Numbered from the stretch's first letter, positions 38,836 through 47,986 are shown. The stretch: 53,310 bases of DNA from Candidatus Moraniibacteriota bacterium (GCA_942490825.1 CALNYG010000013.1:1-53310), one strand, 5' to 3'. Notes: generated by a model from the letters alone, not told the origin. A program made the numbers and translations.

Positions 38836-39657
38836 TTAACATCTTTGGGCAACTAAATTTAAGAAAATTGTCATCGGAAGAACACAAAATAATAATCTTT
38901 TACAAAAACGTTCAACATTTCTAATCCCAAAATGATTCCTTTTAATTCTTTCAAAATGATTATGAATTCCTTCAGTATAAGCATTAGTTGTTTTAGATAA
39001 ATAATAATTTAATATTTCATCAAACCATCTTGTTAATGTATTAGCCAAATCTTTCATATATTTTGATTCTGAAGTTTTACAAAGACTGATGACATATTTT
39101 AATTGTTTTTGAGCTTCTTTTCTGTTATTTTTCCAATATACTTTTCTGAGTTGATGAATTATTTTCCAACTTTGTTTTAACTTAGGAACTTTAACAAAAA
39201 CTTTTTCTAATTTATTAAATTCTTCAATTGTTAATTTGTGTGTAGGTATCATCAGTAATTTATTTATTTTATAAGATTCATTGTTGATGTCTTGAAAAAC
39301 TTTCTTTTGTTCTTTTAATAAAAAGACAGCCCACTGAATTATATGAAAATGATCAATCACAATAACCGCATTAGGAAAACATTCTTTAATAATAGCTGGA
39401 AAAAAAGAGTCCATATCAATACATACTTCTTTAACTGCTAATCTAAATTTTAAATCAATTTTTAATAATTCTTTCAGCAATTCTTTTTGTGATAAATTTG
39501 GTAGAACACCTATCACCTCATTATCAATTAAATTAGTAATGTTAAAAACTTGTTTTCTTTTGCTAACTCCTTTGCCATCCATTCCAATTCTTTGAATAGA
39601 TTTATCCCAAATTAATGAAGTATTTACCATTTCATCAATCATTCTCAGAGCCGACAT
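38836..39657 (-). CDS. ISL3 transposase catalytic part
   Basis: Near-identical to 11643-12464; I/V and L/F differences near the C-terminus. Confidence 0.9.
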   Translation of the reverse strand: MSALRMIDEMVNTSLIWDKSIQRIGMDGKGVSKRKQVFNITNLIDNEVIGVLPNLSQKELLKELLKIDLKFRLAVKEVCIDMDSFFPAIIKECFPNAVIVIDHFHIIQWAVFLLKEQKKVFQDINNESYKINKLLMIPTHKLTIEEFNKLEKVFVKVPKLKQSWKIIHQLRKVYWKNNRKEAQKQLKYVISLCKTSESKYMKDLANTLTRWFDEILNYYLSKTTNAYTEGIHNHFERIKRNHFGIRNVERFCKRLLFCVLPMTIFLNLVAQRC

Positions 39658-39710
39658 AATGCTTATCTGTCTAGATCTAGCTAGTCCGCTATATGTGGTT
39701 TCTCTTAATT

Positions 39711-40031
39711 CTATGACAGAGTTTTTTTAAAAGCTGTGCTCATTTGTTGCCCTTTTTTAACTTGAGGTAAAGATTCCCAAAGTTTCTTTTTATGTTTAGA
39801 AAAATAAAATCTTCTTTGAGTAATAGCTATAAAAACTTTTTTATTTTCAAACATAGAATGAGCAATTATTCTATTTCTTTTTTGATTAATTTTTTTACTT
39901 ACCTCATTTTTTAATTTAAATGAATTCTTTTGTAAATGACAATGTAAAATTATTTTATCATTTTTTTCTTCAAATTTATCTAAAATATATCCTTCTAAAT
40001 TGAATATTTTTTTAATCTCTTTTTTTTGCAT
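39711..40031 (-). CDS. ISL3 transposase N-terminal part
   Basis: 106 aa, ends shortly after an A7 run from which the -1 frame leads into the catalytic ORF. Confidence 0.8.
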   Translation of the reverse strand: MQKKEIKKIFNLEGYILDKFEEKNDKIILHCHLQKNSFKLKNEVSKKINQKRNRIIAHSMFENKKVFIAITQRRFYFSKHKKKLWESLPQVKKGQQMSTAFKKTLS

Positions 40032-40346
40032 TTTTAAAATATTAAATTATTAAAATAACTTAATATTTAAGCATAGAATTTAACAAATTTCAATACTTAG
40101 CTTTGCCCAAAGATGTTAAAGAGCCAAAAAAGTGTGCTGAATGTGGGTCTGATGTTCAGAATGATGAGGCACGGGAGGTTGAAGGAAGAATTTTGTGTAT
40201 AAAATGCTGGTGCAAACGTACTGGCTTAAAAGAAAAAGACCTTGAATTGAATGATTAATGAATTTGTTGCGAGGGGGTATTCCATAGGTATTACCTCCCT
40301 AATTTTTTTTAATTCATACTTTTTAAATTTTCTCTAATCTCAAAAA

Positions 40347-40363
40347 GCCCGTGCGGCGAGCAC
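40347..40363 (+). repeat. Dispersed 17-nt motif, copy 4
   Basis: GCCCGTGCGGCGAGCAC. Confidence 0.9.
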
Positions 40364-40401
40364 TTCTTTAACCAAATTAAAAATAGAAAACTTCAAACCT
40401 C

Positions 40402-40429
40402 TTGTAAAACACAGGATTTCAGGTATACT
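40402..40429 (+). promoter_or_regulatory. Putative promoter of lepA
   Basis: TTGTAA-N16-TATACT ending 8 nt before ATG 40438. Confidence 0.55.
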
Positions 40430-40437
40430 TGATAAAT

Positions 40438-42243
40438 ATGAAAAACATTAGAAATTTTTGCATTATTGCACACATTGATCACGGTAAGTCAACTTTGTCT
40501 GACCGTCTTTTGGAAGTTACAGGAACAGTGGAAAAAAGAGATATGAAAGAACAATTACTGGATCAAATGGATTTAGAACGAGAGCGGGGAATTACGATTA
40601 AGCTTCAGCCGGTGCAGATGCATTATAAATTTGAAGATACTGATTATACTTTAAACTTAATTGATACTCCGGGACATGTTGATTTTGCTTATGAGGTATC
40701 TCGTTCCTTAGCTGCAGTTGAGGGAGCAGTACTTTTAGTGGATGCAACTCAAGGAGTTCAGGCACAAACACTTTCAAATCTTTATTTTGCAATTGAGCAG
40801 GGTCTGGAAATTATTCCAGTTTTGAATAAGATTGATTTGCCGAATGCTGATGTCGATAAAGTTAAGCGAGAGGTTATTCATGTTTTAGGCTGCGATGAGA
40901 GTGACATTTTAACTGCTTCAGGAAAAACCGGAGAAGGCGTTCAGGATATTTTAAAAAATGTTATTGAAAAAGTGCCAAGTCCAAAAGGTGATCCAGAAGG
41001 AAAATTGAGAGCTTTGATTTTTGATAGTGTTTATGATTCTTACAAAGGTGTTTTAGCTTACGTTCGAATCTTTGATGGAGAAATTAAAAAGACAGATGAT
41101 ATTCACATGAAGATTACTTTAAAAGATAGTAATGTGGTGGAGCTTGGTCATTTTTTTCCTCAATATGAATCTTGTGATATTTTAAAAGCTGGTGATATCG
41201 GTTATATTGCAACAGGATTTAAAAGTGTTTCGGAATGCCGAGTTGGTGATACAGTTACTATAAAAAATGTTTCCAGTAAACAGACTTACGACGATGTTGA
41301 ATCTTTGCCAGGATATAAAGAAGTTAAGCCAATGGTTTATGCGAGTTTTTATCCTCAGGAGGGAAATGAGTATAATGCAATGCGGGATGCTTTAGATAAA
41401 CTAACTTTGAATGATGGTGCTTTTCGATTTGAGCCAGAAAGTAATAGAGCTTTAGGTAGAGGTTTTCGATGTGGTTTTTTAGGTCTTCTTCATTTAGAAA
41501 TTATTCAAGCTCGATTGGATCGTGAATTTAATTTTTCTCCGACTATAACAACTCCGAGCGTTATCTATAAACTAAAAACAAAAGATGCTGATGAGATGAT
41601 AAATATTTATTCTCCAACGGAGTTACCTGATCCTTCAATTATCGAACATATTGAAGAACCCTACGTTAATTTAGAAATTATTACTCCGGCGGAATATTTA
41701 GGTAGTGTGATGGAATTGATGGGGATGATGCGAGTGGAATATAAAAATACAAATTATATTGATGATGACCGAGTTCAATTGACTTTTGATGCACCGTTGA
41801 TGGATGTGATTGTTGATTTTTATGATCAGTTGAAAAGCGTTTCTTCTGGGTATGCTTCAATGAATTATGAAATTTTTGGTTATAGACAAAGTGATTTGGT
41901 TAAATTGGATATTTTAGTGGCTGGGGATGTGATTGATGCTTTTTCAAGAATAGTTCCTAAGGATAAAGCTTATCATGAAGGTAAGGCTACTGTGGATAAG
42001 TTGAAAGATGTTATTCCTCGGCAGAACTTTGCGGTGGCGATTCAAGCGGCAATTGGGGCTAAAGTTGTTGCTAGGACGACGATTAGTGCTTTTCGGAAGG
42101 ATGTTACGGCTGGTCTTTATGGTGGTGATATTACTCGAAAAAGAAAACTTTTGGAGAAACAAAAAAAAGGTAAGAAAAGAATGGCACAAAGTGGTAAAGT
42201 TGATATTCCGCCCGAGGCTTTTTTGAAGGTTTTAAGGAAGTAG
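40438..42243 (+). CDS. lepA: Translation elongation factor 4
   Basis: MKNIRNFCIIAHIDHGKSTLSDRLL, ERERGITIK, DTPGHVDF, GFRCGFLGLLH, RKLLEKQKKGKKRM. Confidence 0.99.
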   Translation: MKNIRNFCIIAHIDHGKSTLSDRLLEVTGTVEKRDMKEQLLDQMDLERERGITIKLQPVQMHYKFEDTDYTLNLIDTPGHVDFAYEVSRSLAAVEGAVLLVDATQGVQAQTLSNLYFAIEQGLEIIPVLNKIDLPNADVDKVKREVIHVLGCDESDILTASGKTGEGVQDILKNVIEKVPSPKGDPEGKLRALIFDSVYDSYKGVLAYVRIFDGEIKKTDDIHMKITLKDSNVVELGHFFPQYESCDILKAGDIGYIATGFKSVSECRVGDTVTIKNVSSKQTYDDVESLPGYKEVKPMVYASFYPQEGNEYNAMRDALDKLTLNDGAFRFEPESNRALGRGFRCGFLGLLHLEIIQARLDREFNFSPTITTPSVIYKLKTKDADEMINIYSPTELPDPSIIEHIEEPYVNLEIITPAEYLGSVMELMGMMRVEYKNTNYIDDDRVQLTFDAPLMDVIVDFYDQLKSVSSGYASMNYEIFGYRQSDLVKLDILVAGDVIDAFSRIVPKDKAYHEGKATVDKLKDVIPRQNFAVAIQAAIGAKVVARTTISAFRKDVTAGLYGGDITRKRKLLEKQKKGKKRMAQSGKVDIPPEAFLKVLRK

Positions 42244-42280
42244 TTTAATTGAAAGTCATAAAGTTTATAAAGTGTTTTTT

Positions 42281-42316
42281 AAAGTCCAACCTTCGGATGT
42301 CCGAAGGTTGGACTTT
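42281..42316. repeat. Perfect palindrome after lepA (terminator and/or second REP-like family)
   Basis: aaagtccaaccttcgga-tg-tccgaaggttggacttt, 17-bp arms. Confidence 0.8.
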
Positions 42317-42335
42317 TGTATAGTTTGATTTTTTC

Positions 42336-42415
42336 ATAAAAACAAAAAAGTTATCGGTTAAGATAACTTTTTTATTTGCTGTAAAGATTCCAAATTTTTG
42401 GTTTGAAATGTTTAG
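42336..42415 (+). repeat. ~80-bp hairpin-containing repeat, copy 1
   Basis: Matches 44773-44853 closely, apart from the loop. Confidence 0.85.
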
Positions 42416-42465
42416 TTGCTAGTGAAAGACAATAAGTGTGCTAATTGTCTTTTACTAAATTTCAT

Positions 42466-42690
42466 TTAACGCATGAGAGGTAGAGGTCTTTCTTTATGAA
42501 TTTGACCATCTCATTGACTTAGTTTTTGAAAACCTTCACCTCGAGTTAGAAGTTTATCTTTTTGATTTTCGTTGTTAACTAAGGTGTAGTAATCACCATT
42601 TTCTTCACAGGGCAGTTTTGTTACAGTGTAAATAGTTTTGTGGGTTGGTTCTTCCTCAATGATTTGATCGTTCAATGAAAATTGTCCCAT
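42466..42690 (-). CDS. Unannotated small protein, 59 aa to TGA 42511-42513 or 74 aa to TAA
   Basis: MGQFSLNDQIIEEEPTHKTIYTVTKLPCEENGDYYTLVNNENQKDKLLTRGEGFQKLSQ*DGQIHKERPLPLMR*; GAGG RBS; consensus promoter upstream. Confidence 0.6.
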
Positions 42691-42776
42691 TTAATTTTCC
42701 TCGCATAAGAGTTAAGGTTTCACTTTTGTTAAAGAAATTTTTTAAATCAATGATATTTATATCTAAATTGATTTAA

Positions 42777-42804
42777 ATTATATCTTACATCATCATTCTG
42801 TCAA
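42777..42804 (-). promoter_or_regulatory. Consensus sigma70 promoter on the minus strand
   Basis: TTGACA-N16-TATAAT. Confidence 0.75.
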
Positions 42805-42826
42805 GCTTTCAAATCACTCAAAATTT

Positions 42827-42835
42827 TGCTATAAT
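42827..42835 (+). promoter_or_regulatory. Extended -10 promoter, divergent from the previous one
   Basis: TGcTATAAT 29 nt before ATG 42865. Confidence 0.55.
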
Positions 42836-42864
42836 ACCCATAAGATTAAATAAATCAAAAATCT

Positions 42865-42978
42865 ATGTGGTCAAAAAAACGAAGAAAAACAGTATATAAA
42901 TTTTGGTTTGTATTTGCAATATTGATGATTATTGCAATGTTAGGATTTTTAGTATGGCCATTGTTTTATTTAAATTAA
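42865..42978 (+). CDS. 37-aa single-pass membrane peptide
   Basis: MWSKKRRKTVYKFWFVFAILMIIAMLGFLVWPLFYLN*: basic N-terminus plus TM helix. Confidence 0.6.
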   Translation: MWSKKRRKTVYKFWFVFAILMIIAMLGFLVWPLFYLN

Positions 42979-43077
42979 AATGAGTGAAAAAGTATAAGGT
43001 TTATAAAGTCAAAAGTTTCAGTTGGTAAATTGTTTGAATTAATTATGATTCAAAAATAATTCACTGATTTACTAAAT

Positions 43078-43467
43078 ATGAAAAAAAACAAACAAACAAT
43101 AAAAACATTATTTTTTTTGATAGTAGGACTTACTGCTATTTTTGTTACGTTTGTTTTAGTGGCTAAAGAACGCGATAGAGCATCATCCATTCAAAAGGAA
43201 ATTGAAATTTTAACAAAAGAAGCTGGTGAAATAGAGAGAGAAGGAAATGCATTGAAAGAAAAAATTTCATATTTGAGTACAGAGGATTTTTACGAAAGAG
43301 AAGCAAAAGAGAATTTAAATTATCAAAAAGAGGGCGAGGAAGTGATGATTGTTCGTCGTTCAGCTAAAGAGGAAAAGACTGTAGTTGAGGGTGAGGTTGC
43401 AGGTGAAGTGATAGAAAAAGAGCCTCATTATAAAGTCTGGTGGAGATATTTTTTTGGGAAATTTTAG
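43078..43467 (+). CDS. Septum formation initiator (FtsB/DivIC-like)
   Basis: Short TM, coiled coil, then FYEREAKENLNYQKEGEEVMIV. Confidence 0.85.
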   Translation: MKKNKQTIKTLFFLIVGLTAIFVTFVLVAKERDRASSIQKEIEILTKEAGEIEREGNALKEKISYLSTEDFYEREAKENLNYQKEGEEVMIVRRSAKEEKTVVEGEVAGEVIEKEPHYKVWWRYFFGKF

Positions 43468-43623
43468 TAAATAGTTTATAGATAATAATAGGATAAAATG
43501 GCTGGTAAGAATGTAGAGATATTGTAATTTTTTTAGAATGAGATTATTTTTATCCTGAGAAAATGTAAACAACGTCAGGTAATCTTATACTTCATTTTAT
43601 AAAATTTTTTTAAAGTTTAAAAT

Positions 43624-44688
43624 ATGATAAAAAAGTTAAAACAATTTTTTAGTAATAATAAAAAAGCGGTTACAATAGCGACTAGCTTATTTTTGTTTTT
43701 GTTTATTTTATTAATATTTTTTACTTATGTAATGAGTGTTAATAGTCCTTTTATTAATAAAGTACGATCATTTTTTCCAATGCCAGTAGCGGTTGTGGGG
43801 AGTTCTTGGATTACCATTAATGAATGGGAGAATAATGTTGTAGCTACAAAGCATTTTTATGAGAGTCAAAATTTTTCTGAGGTTGGAGTGAGGATTGATT
43901 TTAAAACTGAAGAGGGACAGAAGAGGTTAAATTTGCGTCGTCGGGAAATTTTAAACAAAATGATTCAAGACGAAATTGTTAAAAAGATTGCTAAGGATTA
44001 TGATATTGTTGTTACAAACGAAGAAGTAAAAAGTGATATTAAAAGAATTATTACTGAGGGCGGTGGCACTCTTGAGGGAGCAGAAAAAAGAGCAGGTTTG
44101 TATGGTTGGACATTGGATGAATATGGTGAAAATATTGTTTATGTCGAGTTACTTACTAATAAAGTTGAAAAGAGATTTTTTGAAGAAAATCCTGTGTCTC
44201 AAGATAAGGTGGATATTATAAAAAAAGCAAAAAATGAATTGGATGATGGACGAGATTTTGCAGACGTAGCAAAAAAGTATTCAGAAGGACGTACAAAAGA
44301 TGAAGGTGGTGCATTGGGTTGGTTCGAAGCTAACTCAAATCAGTTGATTATTGAGGTTGATAGGGTGGCTTCAGTATTAGAACTTAATGAATTTAGTGAC
44401 ATTATTGAAAGTCCACTTGGTTTGCATATAGTTAAAGTTACGGATTCTAAAGTGTTGAGTAACGGAAAAAAATTGATTTATGTGAATCAGATTTTTGTTT
44501 CTAGAAAAACATTTGTTGATTTTGTTGAAGAAAAGATGAATGAAACATTTATTGGTATTCCAGTTGGTAATTATTCTTGGGATAAAAATAATTTTAATAC
44601 TGTATTTACTTCGAAAGAAATGCTAGATTTTGAGAAAAAGATCAAAAAAGATTTGGAAGAATTACAAAAAATGGAATTAGAAAAATAG
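43624..44688 (+). CDS. SurA/PrsA-like foldase (parvulin PPIase)
   Basis: N-terminal TM; IL.KMI....V; DFADVAKKYSEG.T...GG.LGW; FS.IIESPLGLHIVKV. Confidence 0.85.
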   Translation: MIKKLKQFFSNNKKAVTIATSLFLFLFILLIFFTYVMSVNSPFINKVRSFFPMPVAVVGSSWITINEWENNVVATKHFYESQNFSEVGVRIDFKTEEGQKRLNLRRREILNKMIQDEIVKKIAKDYDIVVTNEEVKSDIKRIITEGGGTLEGAEKRAGLYGWTLDEYGENIVYVELLTNKVEKRFFEENPVSQDKVDIIKKAKNELDDGRDFADVAKKYSEGRTKDEGGALGWFEANSNQLIIEVDRVASVLELNEFSDIIESPLGLHIVKVTDSKVLSNGKKLIYVNQIFVSRKTFVDFVEEKMNETFIGIPVGNYSWDKNNFNTVFTSKEMLDFEKKIKKDLEELQKMELEK

Positions 44689-44772
44689 TTTTTAACCGTG
44701 TTTGTCGCATGGGAGATAATACATGATAATGCTGTTAGAGATGAGTTTATCTTTTTGTAAATAAATTTTTAT

Positions 44773-44853
44773 ATAAAAACAAAAAAGTTATCTTAATCGA
44801 TAACTTTTTTGTTTGCTATAAAGATTCTAAAATTTTTGGTTTGAAATGCTTAG
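44773..44853 (+). repeat. ~80-bp hairpin-containing repeat, copy 2
   Basis: Matches 42336-42415. Confidence 0.85.
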
Positions 44854-45051
44854 CTATGGTGTCGGAATATATGTGATGTTTTACTCTGTGCTAGACGACT
44901 ACTTTTTAGATGCTCTTGAAAATTGCTGATTAAATTCTATGGGTGGTAGATAGTTTAAGCTTTGATGATATTTTTTAGAAAATTCTTCACTCCACTACGT
45001 TAAGAATGACGCTATATTGAATGATGGGGAATTTGAAAATTATGTATCAAA

Positions 45052-45089
45052 GCCCGTGCGGCGAGCCTGCCTGTTCGGCAGACAGGCAC
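45052..45089 (+). repeat. Dispersed 17-nt motif, copy 5, interrupted by a 21-bp hairpin insert
   Basis: GCCCGTGCGGCGAGC-ctgcctgttcggcagacaggc-AC. Confidence 0.85.
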
Positions 45090-45107
45090 TTTTATTTTTT
45101 TGAATTA

Positions 45108-45116
45108 TGCTATAAT
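45108..45116 (+). promoter_or_regulatory. Extended -10 promoter of clpB
   Basis: TGcTATAAT. Confidence 0.6.
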
Positions 45117-45137
45117 AAAAATATAAAAAATAATCTT

Positions 45138-45167
45138 TTGAACAAGGGATTATAACCTCTTGTTCAA
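45138..45167. promoter_or_regulatory. Inverted repeat in the clpB 5' region
   Basis: TTGAACAAG-N12-CTTGTTCAA between promoter and ATG. Confidence 0.55.
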
Positions 45168-45184
45168 GAATAAGAACAAAAAAT

Positions 45185-47791
45185 ATGGATGTAAATAAAT
45201 TTACTAATAAGTCGCAAGAAGTACTTAGCGAGGCACAAAAAATAGCACAAGAAAAAAACCAACAAGCAATCGATTTGGGACATTTACTTTTAGCATTAAT
45301 TTTGCAAAAAGATTCTATTGTTCCTGTGGTTTTAGCAAAGAGTGAAATTGATGTGGAAGAAGTTTCTAAAATTATTGAATCGGAAATTATCGCAAAATAT
45401 TCCAGCGTTTCTCAAACTAGTGATGAACCACAATTTTTTATTTCGCAAAATTTAGCTAAAGTTTTAGAAAAATCTGAAAAGGAAATGAAAGATATGGGGG
45501 ATAATTTTGTTTCAACAGAACATATTTTTCTAACACTTTTAAATTCTGATAAAATAATTGAGAATATTTTTAAGCCTTTTAATTTAACTTACGATTCTTT
45601 TAAAAATATTTTGAAGGAAGTTCGTGGTTCGCAGAAAGTTGATAGTCAAAATCCAGAGGCAAATATGCAAAGTTTAGAAAAATATACAATCAATTTGACA
45701 ACTCAAGTTCGAGAAGATGAAATGGATCCAATCATTGGGCGGGACAAGGAAATTCGGCGAGTGATGCAAGTTCTTTCTCGACGAACAAAAAATAATCCAG
45801 TTCTTCTTGGCGAACCTGGAACAGGAAAGACGGCGATTGCTGAAGGTTTAGCTCAGAGAATTATAGCGGGTGATGTGCCAGAGTCTTTGAAAAATAAGGA
45901 GATTATTGCTTTGGATTTAGGAGCTCTTTTAGCAGGAGCAAAATTTCGGGGTGATTTTGAAGAGCGTTTGAAAGCGATTTTAAAAGAGATTGAAAGTAGT
46001 GATGGCCAGATTATTTTATTCATTGATGAATTACATACATTAGTTGGTGCAGGGGCGAGTGAGGGCTCTCTAGATGCGTCGAACATGTTAAAACCAGCTT
46101 TGGCTCGGGGAAAAATTCGAACAATTGGAGCAACAACTTTGAAAGAATATCAAAGATATATTGAAAAAGATGCAGCTTTGGAGAGGCGTTTTCAGCCAGT
46201 TTTTGTTGACGAGCCTGATACTGAAGATGCGATTGCAATTTTGCGTGGAATCAAGGAAAAATATGAATTGCATCACGGTGTTAAAATTACAGACAATGCT
46301 TTGATTGCGGCGGTCAATCTTTCTGAACGTTATGTGTCTGATCGTTTTTTGCCAGATAAGGCAATTGATTTAGTGGATGAGGCTGCATCATCTTTGAGGA
46401 TGGAAATTGATTCTATGCCTGTGGAAATTGATCAACTGGAGCGAGATATTAGACGAATGGAAATTGAGAAAAAAGCATTAGAAAATGAAAAGAGAAAAGA
46501 AAATGACGAAAAAATTGTAATTTTAAATAAAGAATTGGCGGAGTTGAAAGAGCAATCTAATAAATTGACTTTGCAATGGAGGACGGAAAAAGAAATCATT
46601 ATGGCGGTTCGAAATCGTCGAGAGGAAATTGATAAAATGAAAACGGAGGCAGAAAACTTAGAACGAGCAGGTGACTTGGAAAAGGTGGCGGAAATTCGTT
46701 ATGGAAAAATTCCGGAGTTACAGGGATTGTTAAAAGAAGAGGAGATTAAATTAAATAAATTGCAAAAAGAAAATCCTATTTTGAAAGAAGAGGTTACAGA
46801 AGAGGATATTGCGGGAGTTGTTTCTCGTTGGACAGGTGTGCCAGTTTCTAAAATGTTAGAAAAGGAAATGCAAAAATTAGCGGTGATGGAAAAAGAATTA
46901 CAAAAAAGATTAGTTGGTCAGGAGCATGCGGTAAAAATTGTTTCGAATGCTATCCGACGATCTCGAGCGGGAATTTCTGATGAAAATCGACCGATTGCTT
47001 CTTTTATTTTTCTTGGTCCAACTGGCGTGGGTAAAACTGAATTGGTTAAAGCTTTAGCGGAATTTCTTTTTGATGATGAGAAATCTTTAGTGCGGATTGA
47101 TATGAGTGAATATATGGAATCGCATGCAGTATCGAAATTAATTGGTTCACCTCCTGGATATGTTGGTCATGAAGAAGGTGGACAATTGACTGAAATCATT
47201 CGGCGAAAACCTTATTCTGTAATTCTTTTTGATGAAATTGAAAAAGCACATCCTGATGTTTTCAATATTTTTCTGCAAATTATGGATGATGGGCGATTGA
47301 CTGATAGCAAAGGAAGAACAGTTGATTTTACTAATTCTGTGATTGTTATGACTTCGAATGTTGGTTCGGAAATTATTCAGAAAATGCAGGAAGAGACAGA
47401 TGGTGAAACTGATGAAGTTAAAATGCGAGAAAAAGTGATGCAAGAGATGAGTCAGCAATTTAAACCTGAATTTTTGAATCGAGTTGATGACATTATTCTT
47501 TTTCATCCACTTTCTAAAAAAGATATTATTCAGATTTTAGATATTCAAATTAAGAATGTTCAAGGGCGTTTACAAAAGAAGGGAATTAGTGTTAATATTT
47601 CAGATAAGGCTAAAGAATTTTTGGCAAATCGAGGTTTTGATCCTGTTTATGGTGCTCGTCCGTTGAAACGAGTTATTCAGAATGATGTTTTGGATCCAAT
47701 TGCGATGAAAGTCATTGAAGGTGAGCTTTTAGATGGTGGAGTGGTTGAAATTGATTTAGTTGATGGAGAATTGGTTGTTAAAAGTGTGTAA
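45185..47791 (+). CDS. clpB: ATP-dependent disaggregase ClpB
   Basis: Clp N-domain, GEPGTGKT and GPTGVGKT Walker A motifs, M-domain coiled coil, [13 protein letters not shown]. Confidence 0.98.
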   Translation: MDVNKFTNKSQEVLSEAQKIAQEKNQQAIDLGHLLLALILQKDSIVPVVLAKSEIDVEEVSKIIESEIIAKYSSVSQTSDEPQFFISQNLAKVLEKSEKEMKDMGDNFVSTEHIFLTLLNSDKIIENIFKPFNLTYDSFKNILKEVRGSQKVDSQNPEANMQSLEKYTINLTTQVREDEMDPIIGRDKEIRRVMQVLSRRTKNNPVLLGEPGTGKTAIAEGLAQRIIAGDVPESLKNKEIIALDLGALLAGAKFRGDFEERLKAILKEIESSDGQIILFIDELHTLVGAGASEGSLDASNMLKPALARGKIRTIGATTLKEYQRYIEKDAALERRFQPVFVDEPDTEDAIAILRGIKEKYELHHGVKITDNALIAAVNLSERYVSDRFLPDKAIDLVDEAASSLRMEIDSMPVEIDQLERDIRRMEIEKKALENEKRKENDEKIVILNKELAELKEQSNKLTLQWRTEKEIIMAVRNRREEIDKMKTEAENLERAGDLEKVAEIRYGKIPELQGLLKEEEIKLNKLQKENPILKEEVTEEDIAGVVSRWTGVPVSKMLEKEMQKLAVMEKELQKRLVGQEHAVKIVSNAIRRSRAGISDENRPIASFIFLGPTGVGKTELVKALAEFLFDDEKSLVRIDMSEYMESHAVSKLIGSPPGYVGHEEGGQLTEIIRRKPYSVILFDEIEKAHPDVFNIFLQIMDDGRLTDSKGRTVDFTNSVIVMTSNVGSEIIQKMQEETDGETDEVKMREKVMQEMSQQFKPEFLNRVDDIILFHPLSKKDIIQILDIQIKNVQGRLQKKGISVNISDKAKEFLANRGFDPVYGARPLKRVIQNDVLDPIAMKVIEGELLDGGVVEIDLVDGELVVKSV

Positions 47792-47952
47792 CTTTATAAA
47801 CGGTGTGTTATCCTAAAAAATTACTTTGTAACGAAATGGAAGAATAATTTTTTCAAGATACCAGAATAACAATATACTTTGAATTTTATTTAAATTTAAA
47901 GTGTAGGTTCTGGATAAATTATTTTCTAGTTTTGAAATGCGATAAATCGGCA

Positions 47953-47986
47953 TTTCTACAAAGAAAATATATTTTCCGGAATGACA
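47953..47986 (+). repeat. Repeat tttctacaaagaaaatatattttccggaatgaca, copy 2
   Basis: Matches 7209-7245. Confidence 0.85.

Larger units (their letters stand above)
38830..40125 (-). mobile_element. ISL3-family insertion sequence, copy 2 (1296 bp)
   Basis: Same 23-bp IRs as copy 1; perfect 8-bp TSD aaaaaagt at 38822-38829 and 40126-40133. Confidence 0.95.
38811..40258 (+). pseudogene. 47-aa C4 zinc-finger protein gene interrupted by ISL3 copy 2
   Basis: AGGAG RBS before ATG 38811; removing the IS and one TSD gives MSDVKKCAECGSDVQNDEAREVEGRILCIKCWCKRTGLKEKDLELND*. Confidence 0.8.

Noticed and set aside
45090-45184. CIRCE or CtsR box upstream of clpB
   Set aside because: Neither consensus is present.
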